DNA of 58,481 nt, from positions 1 through 58,481 of IMG/VR virus record IMGVR_UViG_3300025132_000042. One strand, written 5' to 3'. The notes under the pieces are model-generated. The model did no database searches and was not told where the DNA came from. It was given only the letters and a program-made list of their open reading frames with translations. The translations under genes and the position numbers were made by a program. Shown here in pieces: positions 26,883-34,562 of this stretch; within the stretch, counting starts at the first letter, position 1, and each line of letters opens with the position of its first letter. This DNA is from a virus. Taxonomy: Duplodnaviria; Caudoviricetes.

Positions 26883-28850
26883 TTAAATAGTACAAGTATC
26901 GTTGGTGCAAAATTTAGATCCGGCGCCGCCTTCTTGGGTCGCGAATTTTACAACTGGGGTAATCTTTGACGCCATAGTTTTATATTGCTTTTTGGTTATC
27001 GGCTCGTATGGCGCTTGAACATACCCAGTCTCTTCATACTTCAGAAAAGACACTGCTTTAAGCCTCGTCTCATAAAGTTCTAAGGCCGACTTTATCTGAT
27101 CCGCTTCATCTGGCTTAAACGTTACCGTAATCGATACAGAATTGTCCGCCCAATAATGTTGGTATTGGGCGGCGATTTCAAGCTGCTCCCACATCGAAAC
27201 ATCTTTCTTTCCTTTTGTAAAATATGGTTCGTGGACCGGAAACTCTACTACTGTTGTGTTTGGCGTATACTCATCCGGCTCCATTCTATATCCGGCAGAC
27301 TTCAAAGGTTCCAGTAAGCTGGATGTGTTGGAAAATCTGATTCTGCGGATATAATATTCGTCTTCTGGGAAGTGAATACCGGGAGTTGATCCGTTCAATA
27401 AAGACACTGTTCCAGACGGCTTTATCGATGTCATCCTGATAGATTTGGGTATGCACAGCCAATTGGAATACTCTTCATCTAATTGTTTTACATAATCGTA
27501 GGCCCCATCACACATGCTATAGACTTCTCGGCGGCCAAACTTGTTGAATGCTTGTACAACGCCTGACTGCGAGAGTCCAATCCTGCGGTTTTTGAGCATC
27601 TTTGCATTTGTTTCAGGCCAATGAGTGTTGGAGAGGGTTATAGTTTTCCCATATAAATACGCTATCTTAAGCGTCTTCAGATAATCTTCTAGGTTTTCAT
27701 GCTTTGCAGGATAAGTTTCAACCAAACAACACAGTTCAGCGTCTTCTAGTTGTTGCTCAACGCAAGGGTTAAAGCCAGCAACGTTGACATCATCATACCG
27801 CAAGCCATCTTTAAACCTGCCCCGAGTTCTTGCGTTATCAAGCCATATGTATCCGGGTTCACCGTTTTTTTGGCTCTGTTTTGCATGCCATGTGTAATCC
27901 ATGCCCACTTCGGCATTAAAAGAGTTATTTGAGCCCCACCGATGATGGTACAACTTTTCTTGATCATTTTTCATCTCAAGATAACGAGTGTCATCGTGAC
28001 GGCCCATGGCTAAGGCTGCAGAACGCCTAACATTTCCTGATACCACACACCTGCCGATCAGGTTTTCAGTATCCACAATGTCGACTGATGTGATTGATTC
28101 TCCAATTTTTGAGGAGTACAGCTCAGTCAGGTTTTTGTGTAGTTCGATTAGGGGGCCCGGGCCGGAAGACGTGCCTCCGAAGCCCTTGATTAGGGCGCCT
28201 TCTTTTCGAATCGCGGAATAATCAAATTTAGGAACTTTGTCACCAAAAAAGAAGCCGTCCAAAAGAGCATGAACGGAATCAACCCAACCTTCCCGAGAAT
28301 CATCGATAACTAATGTGTCGTTGGTCCATTGTGGCTCTTGGATTGTCACAGTGGCGGCGCCCTCGGTATCGAATCCGACCCCGACGCCGACCATTAGTGC
28401 ATCCATCATCCAAGCAAATAGGTAGCCTCCCTTAGAGGCCAAGTCACGAGTAGAGCGGAAAGCGCAGTTAAATAAGCCAGCAGCTGTGCGTTCTTCGACA
28501 AACTTGGTGCCCATCATCCAAAGGCCGCGGCCGGGTGGCGTCCATTTTAATTCAAAAAGTCTATCAAAGGCATCCTTTGCTGTTTTCTGTGCCTTGTTGT
28601 CGTTCCATTCCAAGCCAAGCTGAAACACGTGTTGTTTTTGCATATTAAACATGCCCTCGATAACTCGACGACAAGTTTGCCACCATTCTTCAGAGCCATC
28701 AGCATCCGGCTCAAACTCACTTAAACGTCTAGAATATGTCCTCTTATAGGTCACATATCCCAAGGGGCCCCACGGCACTTTCTTGGTTTTGTATGGCTCA
28801 ATGAAAGTATCACTTAGCCGAAATCTGCGGATGTTTTGAATTGTTCTCAT
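26883..28850 (-). CDS. nrdJ: class II (B12-dependent) ribonucleoside-triphosphate reductase
   Basis: PPGRGLW, FNCAF, VSGNVRRSA, NPCVEQ, TSIKPSGTVS, C-terminal FCTNDTC. Confidence 0.93.
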   Translation of the reverse strand: MRTIQNIRRFRLSDTFIEPYKTKKVPWGPLGYVTYKRTYSRRLSEFEPDADGSEEWWQTCRRVIEGMFNMQKQHVFQLGLEWNDNKAQKTAKDAFDRLFELKWTPPGRGLWMMGTKFVEERTAAGLFNCAFRSTRDLASKGGYLFAWMMDALMVGVGVGFDTEGAATVTIQEPQWTNDTLVIDDSREGWVDSVHALLDGFFFGDKVPKFDYSAIRKEGALIKGFGGTSSGPGPLIELHKNLTELYSSKIGESITSVDIVDTENLIGRCVVSGNVRRSAALAMGRHDDTRYLEMKNDQEKLYHHRWGSNNSFNAEVGMDYTWHAKQSQKNGEPGYIWLDNARTRGRFKDGLRYDDVNVAGFNPCVEQQLEDAELCCLVETYPAKHENLEDYLKTLKIAYLYGKTITLSNTHWPETNAKMLKNRRIGLSQSGVVQAFNKFGRREVYSMCDGAYDYVKQLDEEYSNWLCIPKSIRMTSIKPSGTVSLLNGSTPGIHFPEDEYYIRRIRFSNTSSLLEPLKSAGYRMEPDEYTPNTTVVEFPVHEPYFTKGKKDVSMWEQLEIAAQYQHYWADNSVSITVTFKPDEADQIKSALELYETRLKAVSFLKYEETGYVQAPYEPITKKQYKTMASKITPVVKFATQEGGAGSKFCTNDTCTI

Positions 28851-28862
28851 TATTTAGGTTCC

Positions 28863-30242
28863 TTATTTTCTTTTTCTAAAATTCTTGTACTTATTATTCA
28901 ACAGCTCACGCTGTGTCTTAGTCTCTAATGTAACCGGGTTTAGCGGAATTGTTAAGCCGCCGGCCGGATTATTTACTTTTGGTAGTATCTTTATGTTTAC
29001 ATTGGAGGTATCCATAAAAATATTATATACCATTCCATCAGGTCCATTTCTATTTTTGGCAATAAAAATTTTACCTTCATTTTTCTGTTTATCTTCAATA
29101 GTTCTTGATACCGACATAATAAAATCAGCCACAAAGCATTTATTGAATGCTTCGGAAATCTGCTCCATGGTGATAACTTCGGCATTCAAGCCGGATCGGT
29201 TAGTCTGTGATGCAGTCCAAATTGGACACTTGAATTCTGCCGATAGGGCCCTCAATTCTTCGTAAATTGATTCTAGTTCATTTCTCTTTTCTTTCCTAAC
29301 TACTACCGGCTTTAAAAGATCGGCATAGTCAACTATAATTAAGCCGGGTTCTATCCCCCTTTTTTGTAATCTAGAAAGATGGTTCTTTATCGTATTGGTA
29401 GAAGCTGACTTGGTTGGATACTCTTTGACTATCAACTTGCCTTCCACATCCTTGACGGTATCGTAAATCTCTTCTTTGAAGCCAAGCAAGTCAGAAAGTG
29501 GATATCCAGTTATGCAGCTGTCGTATCGTGTGGCAATAATAGTGTCCTGCAACTCAAGAGTATAATGCACTACCGTACGACCTTCGAGGATTGCTGCGGC
29601 GCCTAGATGCACCAACACCATTGATTTTCCGGCCCCAGTGGGAGCGACCACCACACCAAGCTCGTTTTTCCCTAATCCGCCGCTCGTGATGGCATCGATG
29701 TCTTTCCATCCGGTTGTTGTCGGATTCCTGTGTTTCGGGATAAATCGTGTTTCAAAGTCTGCCAAGTAGTCGTAACCAAAATCAGTATTTGAGCCAAGTT
29801 TTAGGGCCTCGTTGATCACGGTGGATATTTCATCGAAACTGCAGTTCTGTAAAAGGTTTACGGACTTTAGCATCGCTTCTTTTAGATTTTGCTTTCGGCA
29901 AAAGTCTAAAGACGTTTCCTTGATATAAGATACATCAGACGGCTCCGTGTTGTGAATCTTATTAAAGTACTCACGAACCTGAGTCTGTAAAACCTGTTCC
30001 TCTGAATCAAGCTCCGTATTTAAGATCGTGTCAAATGCTGCCACAGAGGGGTGCACCTGATACTTTGTTCTATAGTCCACGATCTTCTGTAGTACAATTT
30101 TTAGATATTCAAGTTCCAAAAAATTAACATCAAGCACCTCTGTTATTTGATCGGCGAAGGGCCTATCTTGAAATATCAGCTGCACGAGACCTTCTTGGAA
30201 GGCTTTTCCATACCTTCCGAAATTAGCTTTTGCAGCTTGCAT
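28863..30242 (-). CDS. replicative DnaB-like (gp41-type) helicase
   Basis: Walker A APTGAGKS, IIVDYAD, WTASQTNR, AKNRNG. Confidence 0.92.
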   Translation of the reverse strand: MQAAKANFGRYGKAFQEGLVQLIFQDRPFADQITEVLDVNFLELEYLKIVLQKIVDYRTKYQVHPSVAAFDTILNTELDSEEQVLQTQVREYFNKIHNTEPSDVSYIKETSLDFCRKQNLKEAMLKSVNLLQNCSFDEISTVINEALKLGSNTDFGYDYLADFETRFIPKHRNPTTTGWKDIDAITSGGLGKNELGVVVAPTGAGKSMVLVHLGAAAILEGRTVVHYTLELQDTIIATRYDSCITGYPLSDLLGFKEEIYDTVKDVEGKLIVKEYPTKSASTNTIKNHLSRLQKRGIEPGLIIVDYADLLKPVVVRKEKRNELESIYEELRALSAEFKCPIWTASQTNRSGLNAEVITMEQISEAFNKCFVADFIMSVSRTIEDKQKNEGKIFIAKNRNGPDGMVYNIFMDTSNVNIKILPKVNNPAGGLTIPLNPVTLETKTQRELLNNKYKNFRKRK

Positions 30243-30266
30243 AATCACCCTCTTTTAGTATTAATA

Positions 30267-30294
30267 AGTATAGCATATTATATCGTAAAGTCAA
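30267..30294 (-). promoter_or_regulatory. sigma-70 promoter for the helicase
   Basis: TTGACT-N16-TATACT with an extended -10 TG. Confidence 0.65.
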
Positions 30295-30305
30295 GCCAAA
30301 AAACA

Positions 30306-31298
30306 TTAAGTTTGGTTTGCGGCGTCAACACACTCTCTGCTAATTCTGTTTAAGTTTGCACGTAGATCATCCCAATTTAATTCACCAAAATTGTCCTCGA
30401 TCATCATCTTAATCACGGCTGTTTTGTTAAAATCGCAATCAAAATTATTTATAGATTCTCGGATCATAGTCTTGCTTTGGATAGAGATCATCGGGCTATA
30501 TAGTTGCATCATTTTATAGTTATGCTCAATCACTGATTTATTCTCGACTATATTATCATAAATCTTAAGTTTGCTTTTTTCGCGAGCTTCTTCACAATGC
30601 TCGATAACCTCGTCTATTGTATAAGTTTTCTCTTCTGACAAGAAACCTAATCGTTTAGCGACTGTCCCAAATCCAACGCCTTTTACTCCGGGTAAGTTAT
30701 CGGAACTATCCCCGATAATTGCTCGCGCTAGCGCCATGTTGGTGGGGTGTACCCCCGTTGTTTCGATCACTCTGTCTTTGTTCATAATTTCGTTCTTTGT
30801 TGGTCTTAAAAGAATCGTTTCATTGTCGCAGATTTGCATAAAATCCTTATCGTTAGAAACCACAATTTTTTGCCACCCATCATATTTTGGCAGCCTCGTC
30901 AGGTAGGCAATAACATCGTCAGCCTCAATCTCGGGGATCATAAACTGTATAACTGGCATGTTGTTCAAAAATTCAATTATCCTGCTTTGTTGCCACATCT
31001 TATTGATTAGTTCTTGCTCATCGGTAAGATTGTGAAACGCCCTGTTAAGCCTGATTGGCTTTCGCCCTTCTTTATACGATTTATCAATCGATTTTCTTTT
31101 TTGAGATCCGTTGGGACCATCCCAGACTACCACAATCTCACTAGGAGCGCTTTCACGAACCAGCTTTTGTAGAATTTTTATAAATCCTTTGATGCCCCCG
31201 ATTGGATCGCCATTAAGCGAAATAGAAGGGTCTACGATATAAGCCCTTAGATATGCGTTTAGTGCGTCAACAATCAGCACTCTTTTTGTTTTACTCAT
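30306..31298 (-). CDS. 5'-3' exonuclease / flap endonuclease (Pol I N-terminal / T4 RNase H family)
   Basis: LIVDALN, VVWDG, YKEGR, EADDVIA, SNDKDF, GDSSDNLPGVKGVG; start at ATG 31298 after AAGGAG. Confidence 0.93.
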   Translation of the reverse strand: MSKTKRVLIVDALNAYLRAYIVDPSISLNGDPIGGIKGFIKILQKLVRESAPSEIVVVWDGPNGSQKRKSIDKSYKEGRKPIRLNRAFHNLTDEQELINKMWQQSRIIEFLNNMPVIQFMIPEIEADDVIAYLTRLPKYDGWQKIVVSNDKDFMQICDNETILLRPTKNEIMNKDRVIETTGVHPTNMALARAIIGDSSDNLPGVKGVGFGTVAKRLGFLSEEKTYTIDEVIEHCEEAREKSKLKIYDNIVENKSVIEHNYKMMQLYSPMISIQSKTMIRESINNFDCDFNKTAVIKMMIEDNFGELNWDDLRANLNRISRECVDAANQT

Positions 31299-31328
31299 TT
31301 TAACTCCTTTTTGAACAGGCGTATGCCA

Positions 31329-31370
31329 ATAAAAAATCCCCATCCATAACATATTATAATGGATGGGGAT
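31329..31370 (-). terminator. intrinsic terminator downstream of recA
   Basis: Perfect 12-bp stem ATCCCCATCCAT/ATGGATGGGGAT followed by TTTTTATT. Confidence 0.75.
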
Positions 31371-31381
31371 CGGTTTGTCAA
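31353..31381 (-). promoter_or_regulatory. sigma-70 promoter nested in the terminator
   Basis: TTGACA-N17-TATAAT; the -10 box lies in the hairpin loop. Confidence 0.8.
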
Positions 31382-31387
31382 GCCTTT

Positions 31388-32536
31388 TCAGCTATTAAGT
31401 GGCACTGTTAGATCACTCGGATCTTCGTAAAAGTTTTTTGCATCGCCTTGGCGCTTGTCGAACTTGCGAACTATTTCTTCATCCATAATCTGGATTACTC
31501 TGCTTTTAAACTCTTCGTCGCTAGATATAATATCAGTCCACTTTGATGGTTGAAATTTCTTTTCATAGCCATCTTCCGTCTTTAGTGTGTACCATGCGCC
31601 GGCGCTGCTAAGTGAGTCGGAGCCCTTAATCGCGTCGAACCACGACTCTTCATCTCTGATTCCAACTTCGTTCCCCCACAGTATGCGGAAAGCGCAGGAT
31701 CTGCCTTGTGTTCCAAAGCGTGATTTTTCAAGTTTTACCTTAACTTCAGATCCTATTCTAAATCCCTTGTCATCTTCAATATACGCTGATTTGGCTTTTC
31801 GGCCGGTGAGCCAGATCCTTAAGGAATAAGAATAGTGCATAGCTTTTCCACCGGGCGTGATGTATGGTGTTGTCATAGCAATCTGGCGCGCCATTGGGCC
31901 TTGCGGAATGTTTGTTTTAAGTTGATTTAAGACGATTAACGTAGCTTGCCTATCTGCTATTGGGATCACGAGCTTTGACATCCCCTTGGCCAAAATACGA
32001 GCCTTTACGGCCATGGATGATTGCGGGTTGAAGTCCCCTTCTACGTCAGAAATCGACGGTGTTAATGCCAACGAGTCCCATATAAATACAAGCTGTTCGT
32101 CAGTAGCGCCAAGCAACTCTTCAACTGTTTCTAAAACAAACTCTACCGATGAAGCTTGAATATACATTAATCGCTCTAAATCGCATCCTGCCTGTTCCAA
32201 GAACGCAGGGTCGATAGCTGATTCAGAATCAAAGTAAACGATAACCTTGCCCGTTTTCTGAGCGTTTGCAGCTATCTGTGCTGCCATGTATGACTTACCG
32301 GTAGCTTCAAGGCCTGCAATCTCAGTCACCTTGCCTACTGGTACGCCGGCTAACTGGCCTTTGCATATAATAGAGTCAAGCCAGCGGGAGCCAGTCGGGA
32401 TCCATTCTTTTACCGCGGTTGGGTTTTCGCCAGTCAAGTCATGGGCTACGTTACGGCCGGCCTTCTTGTTAACCAATTTCATCAAATCTTGCATCGGTAC
32501 GCGGCCGGCCTTAGATTTCGTTTTTGTTTTTGCCAT
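31388..32536 (-). CDS. recA: RecA/UvsX recombinase
   Basis: IPTGSRWLD, Walker A GLEATGKS, FDSESA, IWDS, LNQLK, TPGGKAM. Confidence 0.95.
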   Translation of the reverse strand: MAKTKTKSKAGRVPMQDLMKLVNKKAGRNVAHDLTGENPTAVKEWIPTGSRWLDSIICKGQLAGVPVGKVTEIAGLEATGKSYMAAQIAANAQKTGKVIVYFDSESAIDPAFLEQAGCDLERLMYIQASSVEFVLETVEELLGATDEQLVFIWDSLALTPSISDVEGDFNPQSSMAVKARILAKGMSKLVIPIADRQATLIVLNQLKTNIPQGPMARQIAMTTPYITPGGKAMHYSYSLRIWLTGRKAKSAYIEDDKGFRIGSEVKVKLEKSRFGTQGRSCAFRILWGNEVGIRDEESWFDAIKGSDSLSSAGAWYTLKTEDGYEKKFQPSKWTDIISSDEEFKSRVIQIMDEEIVRKFDKRQGDAKNFYEDPSDLTVPLNS

Positions 32537-32559
32537 CGTACTCTCCTTGTGAAAATGGC

Positions 32560-32589
32560 GGCAGACTTTATACCGGTCTGCCAGCGGCT
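32560..32589 (-). repeat. intergenic structured repeat copy A (putative H-type pseudoknot)
   Basis: Minus strand AGCCG-CT-GGCAGAC-CGGT-ATAAA-GTCTGCC. Confidence 0.85.
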
Positions 32590-32593
32590 GTTT

Positions 32594-32701
32594 TTACTCT
32601 GCTGTGTCAGTAGAGCTAGCGGTGTCTGCCGCGGTGTCTTCATCCTTGTCTCCGCAAGCCATCATTAGGGTCACGGCAAGGACTGGTAGAACGAGTCTCA
32701 T
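32594..32701 (-). CDS. 35-aa lipoprotein (below the ORF-track cutoff)
   Basis: MRLVLPVLAVTLMMA-CGDKDEDTAADTASSTDTAE; AAGGAGAG RBS; lipobox-like Cys16. Confidence 0.75.
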   Translation of the reverse strand: MRLVLPVLAVTLMMACGDKDEDTAADTASSTDTAE

Positions 32702-32719
32702 TTTCTCTCCTTAAAACAG

Positions 32720-32749
32720 GGCAGACTTTACACCGGTCTGCCAGCGGCT
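32720..32749 (-). repeat. intergenic structured repeat copy B
   Basis: 29/30 nt identical to copy A. Confidence 0.85.
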
Positions 32750-32757
32750 TTAGATTA

Positions 32758-33015
32758 CTACTCTGTTTCGGTTGTAGTATTGGTTTCGGTTGTAGTATCC
32801 GTTGTTGTCCCTTCTTCCGTGGTCTCGGTGGTGGTGGACGATACCTCTACAGCCTCACTGGTTGTACTAGTTTCGGTGTTGGTTGGTGTTGCATCTGATA
32901 CAGTTGCTGGCTCAACCGAACAAGTTCCGTAAGCGGTTGCAATAACCAGAACTCCACCGACTACGCTAACCTGAACCTTCCATTGGGCCCATACGGACTT
33001 AATCCATTCTAACAT
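32758..33015 (-). CDS. small membrane-anchored protein with Thr/Glu-rich tail
   Basis: AAGGAG RBS; hydrophobic VSVVGGVLVIATAYGTC then T/E low complexity. Confidence 0.75.
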   Translation of the reverse strand: MLEWIKSVWAQWKVQVSVVGGVLVIATAYGTCSVEPATVSDATPTNTETSTTSEAVEVSSTTTETTEEGTTTDTTTETNTTTETE

Positions 33016-33041
33016 TTTAATACTCCTTTCTGTTAAAATAA

Positions 33042-33069
33042 GGCAGACTATCTCCGGTCTGCTATCGGC
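33042..33069 (-). repeat. intergenic structured repeat copy C
   Basis: Minus strand GCCG-AT-AGCAGAC-CGG-AGATA-GTCTGCC. Confidence 0.75.
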
Positions 33070-33072
33070 ATT

Positions 33073-33618
33073 CTATAACTTTTGGCTTATAAGCGAAATT
33101 TGAGGATTTTCTCGATTTTCTTTATATTGCTCAACTGCGTTAAGATCGATTACCCAGATTTTACCAAATTTGGTAGTCTTATCTTTAAAGAATCGATTGT
33201 TAACAAAACTATTCGATGACATTTTCAAAAGTTTCTGTGCATCTGGTGCTAACATGAGCCTTCTATTACCATTTCGGAAATCTTCCTCAGTAATACCAAA
33301 TTTAACAATCCACTCTGTGGTCATATCTATTGTACAGGAGCCGTCTTTGTTGGGTTCGATCCCCGGCACCATTCTGCGTAATAGATGCAAATTTGAAACA
33401 TTGCCAATAACTGGTCGAATTAGGCGGTTACGAACAACGATCAGTTCTTCGTCATTTACTTCTTCGCGTGTCTTCGCGCTCAGCTTACCAAAAAACTGAT
33501 CAACCATTTTGCTTTCTTGAAATTCTACAAAGAAATCTTCCATTTCTTCAATGTCCATCTGGTGGTACTCTAATGTCTTTATCAATGTAGATAATAATAC
33601 TCTTCTTTTCTTTTCCAT
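33073..33618 (-). CDS. hypothetical protein (181 aa)
   Basis: ORF with AAGGA RBS, flanked by repeat copies. Confidence 0.7.
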   Translation of the reverse strand: MEKKRRVLLSTLIKTLEYHQMDIEEMEDFFVEFQESKMVDQFFGKLSAKTREEVNDEELIVVRNRLIRPVIGNVSNLHLLRRMVPGIEPNKDGSCTIDMTTEWIVKFGITEEDFRNGNRRLMLAPDAQKLLKMSSNSFVNNRFFKDKTTKFGKIWVIDLNAVEQYKENRENPQISLISQKL

Positions 33619-33654
33619 ATCTATTTTATCCTTCTTCTGCTATGTATAAAGGGG

Positions 33655-33687
33655 TGGCAGAGTATTTAAACCCGCTCTGCCAACGGT
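33655..33687 (-). repeat. intergenic structured repeat copy D
   Basis: Minus strand ACCG-T-TGGCAGAG-CGG-GTTTAAATA-CTCTGCCA, with a compensatory C-G to G-C change in the stem. Confidence 0.75.
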
Positions 33688-33701
33688 GGCCACAAACTTC
33701 G

Positions 33702-34478
33702 CTAACCAGCAACTAATTCATCAAAGGCTCGGTCAACTTCGCTCTTATTACCGTCAGCGGGACCGTATTGCTTTGTTAGCGTGGATGACCGGCTTTCAGC
33801 GGTTTTATCGCTAGAAAGCTGGCTATCCAAGATTTCGTCTACTTGCGCGGGGCTAAGGCGTTCAAATAGCGAGCCAAATTCTGGCATTCGCTCAAGGAGG
33901 GCGGGGATTGCTTCCTTATCCTCTAGCAAGTTAGATGTATTACGACGCATCTTTAAGTTTGTCTGTGGATATGCGCCACGATGTGTGGGCTTAGTGTAAG
34001 TAAGCGTGATGTCGGTTCCGTCTAGCGAATCGGTAATATCACCGTACTCGGGGTCAAGAATATAGCCAAGAAGCAATTCATACGCTTGCTTTCCGTAACC
34101 ATAGACTTTGATTCCTTCGTCTTCGCGACCGCGGACAACGACGGGCGAGAAATACCGGGTGCGAACAAACAGCGACTTTGCAAGCTTCTTGCTTTCTTCA
34201 TCGTTGTTATCAACTCCCTCTCGCCACAATTGTGATGCGAAGTCGCAGACTGGACATTGTTCGCCAAAGTTTCGCTTTGGACAAAGAATACCACCCTTGT
34301 GATCTCCGACATTATAATGGAAGAACATTTCCTTCAAAGGATCTCCGTCCGATGTAGGCACGATGCGGATATCAGTATCCCCCTCGTCTGGTTTAAACCA
34401 AACTGAGTCTCTGTTATCTCCTCCCTCGCCTCGTAGTGTTGCAAGCTTGCGCCGCATTAGTTCCATGTTGATTGACAT
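33702..34478 (-). CDS. single-stranded DNA-binding protein (T4 gp32-like)
   Basis: WFKP...IRIVP, H...C..CPVC Zn site, KVYGYGK, DITD..DG.D, acidic tail AFDELV. Confidence 0.85.
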   Translation of the reverse strand: MSINMELMRRKLATLRGEGGDNRDSVWFKPDEGDTDIRIVPTSDGDPLKEMFFHYNVGDHKGGILCPKRNFGEQCPVCDFASQLWREGVDNNDEESKKLAKSLFVRTRYFSPVVVRGREDEGIKVYGYGKQAYELLLGYILDPEYGDITDSLDGTDITLTYTKPTHRGAYPQTNLKMRRNTSNLLEDKEAIPALLERMPEFGSLFERLSPAQVDEILDSQLSSDKTAESRSSTLTKQYGPADGNKSEVDRAFDELVAG

Positions 34479-34533
34479 TAGTTTTTTCTCCTATTTGTTG
34501 TTTGTAAAGTATATCAAGCGTTCCTTGATATCT

Positions 34534-34562
34534 AATGTATCACTCTTGCTCTAGCTTGTCAA
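34534..34562 (-). promoter_or_regulatory. sigma-70 promoter for the SSB operon
   Basis: TTGACA-N17-TACATT; 5'-UTR hairpin ATATCAAG/CTTGATAT at 34511-34531. Confidence 0.65.

Noticed and set aside
8860-32536. Bacterial chromosome origin suggested by groEL, recA, dnaE and clpP
   Set aside because: The homologues are divergent, interleaved with hypothetical genes, and co-oriented with a full T4-like virion module
32560-33687. Repeats as a CRISPR array
   Set aside because: Spacing is 160, ~320 and ~610 nt, the intervening sequences are whole genes with RBSs, the repeats diverge, and no cas genes are present
32560-33704. Pseudoknot-stimulated stop-codon readthrough
   Set aside because: One upstream gene ends TAG TAA and another TAA, stop-to-element spacing is inconsistent, and each downstream gene has its own RBS
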